This document shows, in pieces, positions 39,704 through 48,477 of a DNA stretch of 64,000 nucleotides. The position numbers were made by a program, and so were the translations under genes. A model generated the notes under the pieces. It was not told the DNA's origin and made no database searches. It worked only from the letters and a program-made list of their open reading frames with translations. Source of the stretch: Candidatus Latescibacterota bacterium (GTDB lineage Bacteria > Latescibacterota > UBA2968 > UBA8231); the NCBI GenBank assembly GCA_965242865.1, contig CBDETK010000013.1:1824001-1888000 (forward strand), given 5' to 3'. Numbering within the stretch: position 1 is the stretch's first letter; the number at the start of each line of letters is the position of its first letter.

Positions 39704-40759
39704 TCAGTCCAGCCGTACCTCCCCACCGGCCTCTTGGCTCCGGTAAATCCCATCGAGAATTTTCATCACCTGTAGGGATTGCTCCGGCGGCACCGGCGAG
39801 GGCCGTCCCTCGGCAATGGCCGTGGCGAACTCCACGCATTCCTGCGCGTGGGCTTCGAGGCCATCGTACATCAGCATGAGCTTGCGGTCGTACTGCTGGC
39901 GGGTCTGGTTGTTGCTCTCGCAGATTGAGCACTGCGGCCAATGCGCCCCGCCGCGCGTGCCGTAGAGCCACATCTGCATGTCCTCGCCTTGCACCGGGTG
40001 GTGCAAAAGCCAACTCGTCTCCAGCATCAGCGTCGCGCCGTTGTCAAAGCGCACAAAGGCCGCGGCAAAATCCTCGACATTGTAGTGCGGGGGAATGGAC
40101 TGGCGGCCCCATTGGCTAAAAGCCCCTTCTTGGTGCGCCAATTCAGCGCGGGCCACGCCCGAAATGGCCACCGGCTCGGGATGCCCCATAAACCACAAGG
40201 TCAGGTCGAGGATGTGAACCCCGATGTCGATGCAGGGGCCGCCGCCGCTGTGCTCCTTGAGAATGAACCCGTCGCCGATCGGCGCACCGGCCCGGCGCAG
40301 CATCCAACTGCGGGCGTGGTAGATCGCGCCGAGGGCGCCCGCGTCTAGCTCGGCTTTTAGCGCGCGGGACGAACCCTGAAAGCGAAAGTGCTGCGCGGTC
40401 ATTAGCTCCTTGCCCGAGGCATCGCGCGCCGCGATCATCTGGCGCACCTCCGCGGGCGTGGGGGCCAACGGCTTTTCGCAGATCACGTGCTTGCCGGCCG
40501 ACAGCGCGGCAATGGCCAACGGAGCGTGATACATGTTGGGGGTGCAGATGTCGATGATGTCGATCTCGGGGTCGCTGAACAGCGCGGCTGGGTCGGTGTG
40601 CAGCTTGGCGATTCCGTTTTCTGCGCCAAAGCGCTGCAGCGCGTCCTCGCTAATGTCGCTGCCAGCGACCAACTCGGCTTCGTTGGAAGCCTGCCAGCCG
40701 GGGAGGTGGGTGCGGGCAATACCGCCAACGCCGACGATACCTACTTTGAGCGTACTCAT
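39704..40759 (-). CDS. Gfo/Idh/MocA-family oxidoreductase
   Basis: GIVGVGGIA, ICEKP, GGGPCIDIGVH. Confidence 0.92.
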   Translation of the reverse strand: MSTLKVGIVGVGGIARTHLPGWQASNEAELVAGSDISEDALQRFGAENGIAKLHTDPAALFSDPEIDIIDICTPNMYHAPLAIAALSAGKHVICEKPLAPTPAEVRQMIAARDASGKELMTAQHFRFQGSSRALKAELDAGALGAIYHARSWMLRRAGAPIGDGFILKEHSGGGPCIDIGVHILDLTLWFMGHPEPVAISGVARAELAHQEGAFSQWGRQSIPPHYNVEDFAAAFVRFDNGATLMLETSWLLHHPVQGEDMQMWLYGTRGGAHWPQCSICESNNQTRQQYDRKLMLMYDGLEAHAQECVEFATAIAEGRPSPVPPEQSLQVMKILDGIYRSQEAGGEVRLD

Positions 40760-40790
40760 GGTTTGTCCTTTTTGGGTTGTGGTTTGAACT

Positions 40791-41591
40791 TCATATCCGC
40801 GTCAGAGCTTCGGTCGGCATCCAGCCGCCGAGGCCATTGGCCAGCCGCACCAACATCCAAGCCCCCTCTTGCCGCACCAAGCGTACCTTGGTGCCTTCGT
40901 GCGCGACAAAGACTTCGGTCTGCCCCAAGTCGGGGCCGGACCGGGCGCGTGCTTCGGCCACGGTGACGATGGCTTCGCTCGTCTGCGCCTGATGGCGGAG
41001 GCGCGTGCCCAGCCAGAGCGCGGACCCGACGCTCAGCCCCGCACAAAGCAAAACCCCGACTAGCCACAGCGCACCCGGGCGCGTCTGCGCGAAAAACCAC
41101 CGCACCCCCAAGACAAAGATCGCGAAAAACGCCGCGGCAAACAGCAGGCTGAGTTGGTTGAACGTAGGCCAGAAATAGGCGGCCACCAGCGCGGCGACGA
41201 GGACGCCGAGGCCGTCCTCAATTTGCGGGTCTCGATCCTTCTTCACTAGGCTGGCAAAGCGCAGATTGGCCTCAATGTCCTCGTCGTGCGGGGCCAAACG
41301 CCGCGCCCGTTCGTACCAGAGAATCGCTTCGCCCAGCTTCCCGGACTTAAAGCAGGCATTGCCCAGATTGTAGTAGAGCCGAGCGTCTTGCACCCCAGCG
41401 TCTGCCACCTCCAAGTACGTGCGCCGCGCCGCGGCAAAATCCCCGGCCCGATAGAGCGCGTTGGCCTCGTTGTACTGCCCAGCCGCGGCCGACTGGGCGT
41501 CGAGCACATAGGCGTCAAACAGGAGCAAAAGCAGGAAGGCGCAACGCCAAGCGGTACAGCCCTTGTCCCGATCCCGAAGCCCCCCCATCAT
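40791..41591 (-). CDS. batE: BatE-like TPR plus SH3 protein
   Basis: YYNLGNA...AILWYERA, two TM helices, HEGTKV...GWM SH3-like tail; operon position. Confidence 0.8.
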   Translation of the reverse strand: MMGGLRDRDKGCTAWRCAFLLLLLFDAYVLDAQSAAAGQYNEANALYRAGDFAAARRTYLEVADAGVQDARLYYNLGNACFKSGKLGEAILWYERARRLAPHDEDIEANLRFASLVKKDRDPQIEDGLGVLVAALVAAYFWPTFNQLSLLFAAAFFAIFVLGVRWFFAQTRPGALWLVGVLLCAGLSVGSALWLGTRLRHQAQTSEAIVTVAEARARSGPDLGQTEVFVAHEGTKVRLVRQEGAWMLVRLANGLGGWMPTEALTRI

Positions 41592-43351
41592 ATCCGCTTC
41601 TCCAAACCCGCGATCACTTCCCCGGCCAAACGCCGCGCGGTCGCCCGGTCCGTGGGCGGGCCGCCGGCCGGCGCGAAGCGGGCAAAATCGCAGCGCGTCA
41701 GCAGGTCGCGCAAGGCCGCAATCGTCTCGGCCTCAACCTGTTGCTCTGCTAAGGCCGCAGCGCAGACCTCCAGGGTCAAGCCCGCCGCCGCGAGATTGAG
41801 GCGGTCAGCCACAAACTCCAGCACCGCCGCACGCACCTCGCCGTAGAACTCGGCCTCACTGCCGCCAGCGAGCAAGGCATCGGCGCGGGCTAGGCGGCGA
41901 CTGGCTTCGCCCTTGGCGCGGCGCTGACGAGCGTACGCCACATCGCCTTGCAAGCGCCGCTGGTGGCGTTGCCACAACAGCAGGGCCACAAAGGCAATGG
42001 GCAGCGCACCTTGCACGCTCCAAAACCAAGAGCGCTCGTGTAGCATGGTGTGCGCGGCGAGGGTCTCGACATTGGGCTTGATGTGGCGAATGTCCTCGCC
42101 AACGGCCTCGATGTCGCGCCGGCTCAGCCCGTAGCTCACTTCTTCCTCCTCGACCCGCCCCTCGCTGTGAATGGCGATGGGATCGGACTCGAGGACCTCG
42201 TAGCGCGCTTGGTGGGGGTCGAAGTACGCAAAGCGCAACGGCGGAATGGTTAGGGTGCCGCCCTGCTCGGGAATCAAGATGTACTCAAAGAGGCGGCGGC
42301 CTCCATGCACCCCGTTGGTAATCCGCGTCTCTTCCTCGACCTTGGGGTCGTAGAGCTTGACGCCGGCCGCGGCATTGACTTGCAGGGGCTGCACCGCGGC
42401 CATGTTGCCCTCGCCCTCGACGAGCACCTGCAGCGTCACTGGATCCCCGGCCGCGACTTGGGTCGGCTGGGCCGCGACGCGGAGTTGGAAGCGGCCGACC
42501 GCGCCGGTAAATTCTGCGGGACGACCCTGCTCGGGCAGCGGTAGGACCTTTATTTGCAATTCCTCGCTTTGCAGGCGCACCGAGCGAGAGCGGCCAAAAA
42601 AGTCGTCGAACAGGCTGCCGCGGCGCGAGCGCTGTTGGGGAATGTCGCAGGAAACGGCCAACGCGCCGACCGCGTGCGTCCCCGCGCCGGTGGGAAAAAG
42701 GGCCACCCGTCGCAACGGCGCGACATTGAAAGACACGCCGGCGCGCACCTCCTGCCGCGCCTTGAGCTGTTGGGCGACAAAGAGGTCTTTGGTCCAGAAC
42801 CCGACAAAGGTCGGCAGCGTGTTGAAGCTGACGTTGTGCGGTTGGACGCGGTAGAACAGGTCGTAGGACACGGTGACCTGCTGCCCGACATACGCTCGCT
42901 CGTGGTCGGCGCGGGCCAACACGAAGATGGGAGGGTCTGCTTCGCCGGCTGACGTGCGGCTAGTGCCGGAGACGATCTCGACGGTAATGGGCTTGGTCTG
43001 ATAGGCGTCGCCGCCTATTTCGAGCCGCACCGGGCCGATGGTGAAGGTGCCGGCCCGCTTGGCATACAGGGCGTACGTTAGCTCGTGGGTGAAGCTGACG
43101 CTGGAAAAGTTGTTCATCTCCATCCGCGTACTAGTCGCTGGCCCCTCGACGTGGAAATCCGCTAGGTCGAGCGCGGGCGGCGTCACTTGGCCCAACTGTT
43201 TGTCCGAGGCAATGCGGAGCGTCAAGTGAATCGCCTCGCCCTGACTGGCGCGCGGGCGATCGACCGACGCCTCAAACTGAATCGTCGCCGCGGCAACGCG
43301 AAAGGCCGCCAGCACACTTAGCACGAGCCCGATGGCCAGCCGCACGCTCAC
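41588..43351 (-). CDS. batD: BatD-like protein
   Basis: FEASVDR, FTGAVGRF, GEGN, FAYFDP; late TM helix. Confidence 0.85.
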   Translation of the reverse strand: MSVRLAIGLVLSVLAAFRVAAATIQFEASVDRPRASQGEAIHLTLRIASDKQLGQVTPPALDLADFHVEGPATSTRMEMNNFSSVSFTHELTYALYAKRAGTFTIGPVRLEIGGDAYQTKPITVEIVSGTSRTSAGEADPPIFVLARADHERAYVGQQVTVSYDLFYRVQPHNVSFNTLPTFVGFWTKDLFVAQQLKARQEVRAGVSFNVAPLRRVALFPTGAGTHAVGALAVSCDIPQQRSRRGSLFDDFFGRSRSVRLQSEELQIKVLPLPEQGRPAEFTGAVGRFQLRVAAQPTQVAAGDPVTLQVLVEGEGNMAAVQPLQVNAAAGVKLYDPKVEEETRITNGVHGGRRLFEYILIPEQGGTLTIPPLRFAYFDPHQARYEVLESDPIAIHSEGRVEEEEVSYGLSRRDIEAVGEDIRHIKPNVETLAAHTMLHERSWFWSVQGALPIAFVALLLWQRHQRRLQGDVAYARQRRAKGEASRRLARADALLAGGSEAEFYGEVRAAVLEFVADRLNLAAAGLTLEVCAAALAEQQVEAETIAALRDLLTRCDFARFAPAGGPPTDRATARRLAGEVIAGLEKRI

Positions 43352-44112
43352 CAGTCCCTAGCCTGCGCTTTGCCCGTGGCGCGAAACCGGCGGTGTTGAG
43401 CTTCTAGCTCGCGGTTTTTGAGTGCATCCATGAGTTGCTGGGCTTCCTCGGGACTAATGGACCGCTGCTCGGGCGGCTGATCTTCCGGCTGTTGGTCCTG
43501 CCCGCTTTGCGGCTGTTGGTCCTCCGCCGAATCCTCCTGCTGGTCCTGCTGCTGTTGATCTTGCTGATCCTGTTGCTGTTGATCTTGGTCCTGCTGGTCC
43601 TGCTGTTGATCTTGCTCCTGTTGCTCCTGTTGCTCCTGCTCCGAATCCTCCTGCTGATCTTGCTCCTGCTGCTCCTGCTCCTGTTGCTCCTCCAATTTCT
43701 CCAAGGCCAATTCCAAATTCACCTTTGCGTCCTCGTCGGCTGGGTCTAGTTCCAGTGCCCGCTTGTAAGCGGCGATGGCCTGTTCAAACGCCTGCTGCTC
43801 GAAGAAGCTATTGCCCATGTTGTAATGGGCCTGCGCCTGAATTTCTCGCTCCTCAGCGCGGAGCACCTGCTCAAATTCTCGCACGGCTTGGTCGTACTCG
43901 CCGCGCTTAAAGAGCACATCCCCGACGTTGAAGTGTAGTTCGGGCGCGTCGGGTCGGTCGAGGAGCGCGTCGCGGTAGAGCTGTAGGGCTTGGTCGTACT
44001 CGCCGCGCTGGTAGTGCTCCAAAGCCTCGGCGCTCTTGCTGGCCACGGGATCGCCCACCGTCGCCCCGCAGACGATCAGCCAGATAACTGAGACGACCCA
44101 TAACATGACCAT
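43348..44112 (-). CDS. batC: BatC-like TPR protein with Q/E/D-rich tail
   Basis: Likely start MVMLWV at 44112 (TAATG overlap); TPRs HYNMGN...AKVNLELA; low-complexity QQEQDQQ region; ends in RDW. Confidence 0.8.
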   Translation of the reverse strand: MVMLWVVSVIWLIVCGATVGDPVASKSAEALEHYQRGEYDQALQLYRDALLDRPDAPELHFNVGDVLFKRGEYDQAVREFEQVLRAEEREIQAQAHYNMGNSFFEQQAFEQAIAAYKRALELDPADEDAKVNLELALEKLEEQQEQEQQEQDQQEDSEQEQQEQQEQDQQQDQQDQDQQQQDQQDQQQQDQQEDSAEDQQPQSGQDQQPEDQPPEQRSISPEEAQQLMDALKNRELEAQHRRFRATGKAQARDW

Positions 44113-45137
44113 TAGGCGAACCGCCCCTTCCACTCGCGGGTTTGCACCCGCGCATCGCCTAAGAAAGCCTCGGCAAAGAAACAGCAAAGGGCCAAGAATA
44201 AGGGCCATTGGAAGCGCTCCTGATAGCGGGTGAGGCGGGTAGAGCCGATTTCGCGTTGATCCATCTCGGCGATCTGGTCGTACAAGGCGGTCAATTCCGC
44301 GCCGCCCAAAGTGCTGCGAAAGTAATCGCCCCCGGTCTCCAACGCCATGTCCTGCAAGGTGCGCTCGTCGAGCCGGGTTTTGACGTATTGGCCGCGCTGA
44401 TCCTTGTGAAAGCGCACCCCGCCCCCGGCCTCCTCCGTGGGAATGAGCTCGCCATCGGGCGTCCCCAAGCCCAAGGCAAAGAGGAGCACGCCCTGTTCGG
44501 CCGCCGCTTGCGCCGCGGCCAGCGGCTGCCCCAGGTGATCTTCGCCGTCAGTGAAAAGAACAATGGCCTTGTGCTGGCCTTCGCCCTCGTCAAACGAGCG
44601 CGTGGCGAGCCGCACGGCGTCGCCAATGGCCGTCCCCTGAACCGGTATCGACCCGGGCTCCAGCACATCGAGAAACATTTCCACGGCTCCGTAGTCGCTC
44701 GTCAGCGGGCATTGTACAAAGGCTTGGCCGGCAAAAATTACCAACCCGACGCGGTCGCCCCGCAGCAAGTCCAACAGGCCGCGAATTTGGTGCTTGGCCC
44801 GCGCCAAGCGGCTCGGCTTGACGTCCTCGGCCTGCATGCTGCGCGACACATCGAGCACCAGCATCACATCGACGCCCTTGCGCTGGGCCATTTCGAGTTG
44901 AGTGCCAAATTGGGGGCCGGTCAGCGCGAGGATCGCAAAGAAGGTCCCCAGCCCCAACAGGACGCACTTGCCCACTTGACGGCTGCGGCTCAGGTTGCGG
45001 GTCAGCTTCTCGGCGAGCGGGCCGCGCACAAAATGGGCCAAGGCGCGGCCGCGCGCCCAGAATGCCCAGGCAAAAAAGGCCGCCATACAAGGCAGGAGCA
45101 ATAGGAACCAAAAATTGTACAAGTTTGCAAAGCGCAT
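44112..45137 (-). CDS. batB: BatB-like vWA-domain protein
   Basis: MIDAS DVSRSM, SRLARAK, QGTAI, FTDGE. Confidence 0.88.
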   Translation of the reverse strand: MRFANLYNFWFLLLLPCMAAFFAWAFWARGRALAHFVRGPLAEKLTRNLSRSRQVGKCVLLGLGTFFAILALTGPQFGTQLEMAQRKGVDVMLVLDVSRSMQAEDVKPSRLARAKHQIRGLLDLLRGDRVGLVIFAGQAFVQCPLTSDYGAVEMFLDVLEPGSIPVQGTAIGDAVRLATRSFDEGEGQHKAIVLFTDGEDHLGQPLAAAQAAAEQGVLLFALGLGTPDGELIPTEEAGGGVRFHKDQRGQYVKTRLDERTLQDMALETGGDYFRSTLGGAELTALYDQIAEMDQREIGSTRLTRYQERFQWPLFLALCCFFAEAFLGDARVQTREWKGRFA

Positions 45138-45143
45138 ACAACC

Positions 45144-46148
45144 TCAGGGCAGCGAGCGGAAGCGGGTGTGGGCCAACAGGATCTCCACCAACAGCAGGCC
45201 CAAGCCCACGTAGAGAAAATAGGCAAAGCGCTCGGAATAGTTCAGGTGGATTGCGGATTGGAACTCGGTGGCCTCTAACTCGCCGATTTCGCGGTAGATG
45301 GCCGCCAGCTTTTCTTCGCTCGTGGCTCGGTAGTACTGGCCGCCGGTGCGCGCGGCCACCTCCTGCAAGGTCTCCTCGTCGATCTCGACCTGTACGGTCT
45401 GGTAGCGGGTGCCAAAAACCCCGCGCACCGGCCGGCGAATCTCCCCGTCGCTGCCCACGCCAATGGTGTAGATTCGGATGCCCACGGCCGCGGCCGCTTC
45501 AGCCGCGGTCAACGGCTCCACCTCGCCGGCGTTGTTCACGCCATCGGTCAGCAGAATGATCACCCGGCTCTCCGCGTCCGAGTCGCGCAGGCGGTTGCAG
45601 GCGTTGATCAGCGCCATGCCAATGGCCGTGCCATCCCATTCCTCGCTGGCGATTTCCACGCCTTCGAGAAACTCCAACAACACCCGATAGTCGAGGGTCA
45701 GCGGGCACTGGGTGAAGCTCTCGCCGGCAAAAACGACCATGCCGATGCGGTCGCTGTGGCGGCCGGCGATAAAGTCGGCCACCACTTCCTTGGCCACCTG
45801 CAAGCGGCTCTTCTGGCCCTCGTCTAGATCGTTCAGCTCCATGCTCGAGGAGAGGTCCAAGGTCAGCATGATGTCGATGCCCTCGCCCGATATTTCCCGC
45901 ACCTCGCGCCCCGCTTGCGGGCGAGCCATGGCCGCGACCAAGCAGCCCAAGCCGAGGAGCCGCAAGACGAGCAGGCCGTGCCGCAGCTTGGTCCACAGCG
46001 ACGTCGTGGCGCGGCGCAACACCCCGAGGTCGGAAAACTGCACACTGCTGCGGCGGCCTTGGTGGGCGCGCACATAGCTGTAGAGCAAGACCGGCAGCAG
46101 CAGCAGCAAGAACAGCCACTCGGGATTTTCAAACCGGATGTTCGGCAT
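45144..46148 (-). CDS. batA: BatA-like vWA-domain protein
   Basis: Likely start MPNIRFENP; ARPQ, DLSSSM, DGTAIG, LTDGVNN. Confidence 0.88.
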   Translation of the reverse strand: MPNIRFENPEWLFLLLLLPVLLYSYVRAHQGRRSSVQFSDLGVLRRATTSLWTKLRHGLLVLRLLGLGCLVAAMARPQAGREVREISGEGIDIMLTLDLSSSMELNDLDEGQKSRLQVAKEVVADFIAGRHSDRIGMVVFAGESFTQCPLTLDYRVLLEFLEGVEIASEEWDGTAIGMALINACNRLRDSDAESRVIILLTDGVNNAGEVEPLTAAEAAAAVGIRIYTIGVGSDGEIRRPVRGVFGTRYQTVQVEIDEETLQEVAARTGGQYYRATSEEKLAAIYREIGELEATEFQSAIHLNYSERFAYFLYVGLGLLLVEILLAHTRFRSLP

Positions 46149-47061
46149 GCTCCTCAGCCGCGCGCGGGGCGACCGCCTCCTCAATAGAGCGCAATAGGGC
46201 CAAGCCGACCTCCGGGGCGCGTCGGGCCGCGTCGAGGGCCGGATGGAAGCGGGCGAACTTCACCAAGTCGGCCTCGCGCAAATAGTCGATGATCTGCGGC
46301 CGCAGCGCGGCATCCACTTCAGCCGCTTGCAGCGCGTCCGCCAGCTCCGCGGTGGTCTGCTCCATCGCTTCAATGGCTAAGTGCTCCTCCAAGCAGCGGC
46401 GCAGGTTCTCCGAAAGCAGCGAGTAATAGGTTTTGAACTCGCCGCGCTCCAATAGGCCAGCGGCGGCGATGCGGGCAAATTCGGCCGCGTAGTCTATGGG
46501 CTCGGGCGGCGGCGGAGGCTGGGGGGCGCGAGTGCGGCGACGCCAGAGCCAAACGCCGGCGAATGCACACAGTGCCAACGCCAGTAGGCCGACTGCTACA
46601 ACCACCCACAAAGGCACGCCCCCCGGGACGAGCACCGGCGGTTTGATGGCGCGCAGCTGGTCCTCCCCTTCGCTGCGGGCGCTGATGATCTCTATGGCGA
46701 GGGGTTGGGTCGAGCGCAGGAGCGTGTCGCCGGCCGCCCGGACAAAGGGCACGGCCACGGCCGGGACCTCGTGGACCCCCAGCTCGTAGAGACGCAGCTC
46801 GCATGTTTGCGCGAGTTGGGGGCCGGTCGCGGCCTCGCGTGGGTGCCAGCCGGCGCAGCGCGGGGCAAAATCCCGCAGGAGCTGGGCCAGCTCCGGGGCT
46901 TCGGGACGGGCGGTGGCGTCGTGGTGGAGGGTCAACGTCAGGCCGATGGGATCGCCCACCCGGGCCGAGGCCGTGTCCAAAACCGCCTCGGCCCGGGGGA
47001 TTTGGGCGGCGAGCCCCTCGGCGAGGATCATGAGCGCGGCGAGCAAACCGCCGATATACAT
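46129..47061 (-). CDS. Bat-operon single-pass membrane protein (DUF4381-like)
   Basis: Signal peptide, LRAIKPP, TM helix, AMEQTT, ADLVKFA. Confidence 0.75.
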   Translation of the reverse strand: MYIGGLLAALMILAEGLAAQIPRAEAVLDTASARVGDPIGLTLTLHHDATARPEAPELAQLLRDFAPRCAGWHPREAATGPQLAQTCELRLYELGVHEVPAVAVPFVRAAGDTLLRSTQPLAIEIISARSEGEDQLRAIKPPVLVPGGVPLWVVVAVGLLALALCAFAGVWLWRRRTRAPQPPPPPEPIDYAAEFARIAAAGLLERGEFKTYYSLLSENLRRCLEEHLAIEAMEQTTAELADALQAAEVDAALRPQIIDYLREADLVKFARFHPALDAARRAPEVGLALLRSIEEAVAPRAAEEHAEHPV

Positions 47062-48476
47062 TACGGACTGTCAGCGCCGCCGTCGTTGGGGTCTTCGCTG
47101 CCAGCGGCGGGTGCGGCCGGCTCTTTGGCGGCCTGCGCCACATCGTCTAAGCCCAAGTCCAACTCGGCGAAGTCGTCGTCGCTCACGACGTACACCGCGT
47201 CGTCGCCTTCCTGTTGCAGGTATGAGGTCCCGGCCGCTTGGCTGAAGCGAGCGGTCAGGACGGCTTGCCCCGCGCCGAGCAGCTCGATGCGGAAGGCCGG
47301 CGCGGCCTCGGCCGGCAGGTCCGCGGCAAAGCCTTGGACTTCGAGCTGCTCCAAGTCGCTCAGGAGGCTGTTGAACTTCCACGATTTGGCGTCGCGCCCG
47401 CTGGGGTCTGACAGGTGCCACGCCCCGCTGGTGTCCTGGTCCGCGGCAAACGCGACCCCTGCTTGGCGCGTTAGGACGATGCGCTCGACCTGTTCGCGCT
47501 CAAAGCGCAAGGGCTTTTTGTCGCGCAGGTCGGACCGGTCCTTGACGAGCTCCTGCACCAGCGTCGAATCGACCAAGAACACCTGCGGCCGGCTGGCGTC
47601 GCGTGCGTACCAACGGCCTTGTTCGTCCGCGCCGCCAATGGCCAAGCGCTTCTCGGCCCGGTCTTCGCCGATGAGCAGGGCGATTTCCACGTGCGGCGAG
47701 CGGTCGCCCAAACCGTAGCGGGCCAACGCATCGGCATCGGGGTCTTCGGCGACAAACTCCTCGATCTCGGCTTGGTCAATTTTGTCGAGCAGGGCACTTA
47801 CCGCGTCCGCGTCGGCGCGGGCCGCAACTGGCTCGCGCAGGTGCCAGTCGGGCGCGCTCCGTGCGAGTACGGCCTCTCCGCCCGCGCCCTGCCGCTCGAC
47901 CTGCATCACCTCGTCTTTGGCAAAGGCCAGCACCCGGCGGTCGCGCAGGTCAAACGCCTGCTTGTCGAGGTTGTCAAAGCGCCAAGCGCGCACCACAAAG
48001 ATCGCGGGATTGTCGCCTTGGAGTTGGGCGTAGGTGAAGCGATCGGTGGGACTGTCCGCGCCAAAAGCCACCACCTGCTCCGCGCCATCTTCGGTTTGCA
48101 GCCGCACCTTGAGCCGCGGCGCGTCCAGCCCGTATTGGGCGGCTTGCTCGGCAGAAACCGCCGCGCTATCGACGATCACCTTTTCCCGCTCGCATTCGCG
48201 CAAATTGCGCAAGTAGCGCTCTACGGCCTCTGGGTCCGCGCCGTCGACCACGGGTTCTTTTAGGGTCCAGCCGCTCGCCTCTTGGGCCAACACCAAGGCC
48301 TCGTCGCCGCGCACCAGCGCGAGTTGCTGGGCTTCGCCGTCTTGGAAGGCGAACAACTGCTTGGATTGTTCGGCTTCTTGGCGGCGCTCCTCGCCGCCCT
48401 TGATCTCGTAGAAATAGACAAAGGCCAACAGCGCGAGGAAAATGAGGCCGATCACTGCATTGGTCTTGAATTTCAT
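47061..48476 (-). CDS. DUF4340-domain protein (repeated domain)
   Basis: N-terminal TM; YGL motif twice and DLRD motif twice; follows the GldG-like gene. Confidence 0.8.
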   Translation of the reverse strand: MKFKTNAVIGLIFLALLAFVYFYEIKGGEERRQEAEQSKQLFAFQDGEAQQLALVRGDEALVLAQEASGWTLKEPVVDGADPEAVERYLRNLRECEREKVIVDSAAVSAEQAAQYGLDAPRLKVRLQTEDGAEQVVAFGADSPTDRFTYAQLQGDNPAIFVVRAWRFDNLDKQAFDLRDRRVLAFAKDEVMQVERQGAGGEAVLARSAPDWHLREPVAARADADAVSALLDKIDQAEIEEFVAEDPDADALARYGLGDRSPHVEIALLIGEDRAEKRLAIGGADEQGRWYARDASRPQVFLVDSTLVQELVKDRSDLRDKKPLRFEREQVERIVLTRQAGVAFAADQDTSGAWHLSDPSGRDAKSWKFNSLLSDLEQLEVQGFAADLPAEAAPAFRIELLGAGQAVLTARFSQAAGTSYLQQEGDDAVYVVSDDDFAELDLGLDDVAQAAKEPAAPAAGSEDPNDGGADSP

Positions 48477-48477
48477 A

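Noticed and set aside
43490-43690. CTG/TTG-rich simple repeat and the poly-Leu ORF 43435-43749
   Set aside because: This is the antisense of the Q/E/D-rich linker that is normal in BatC-like proteins.
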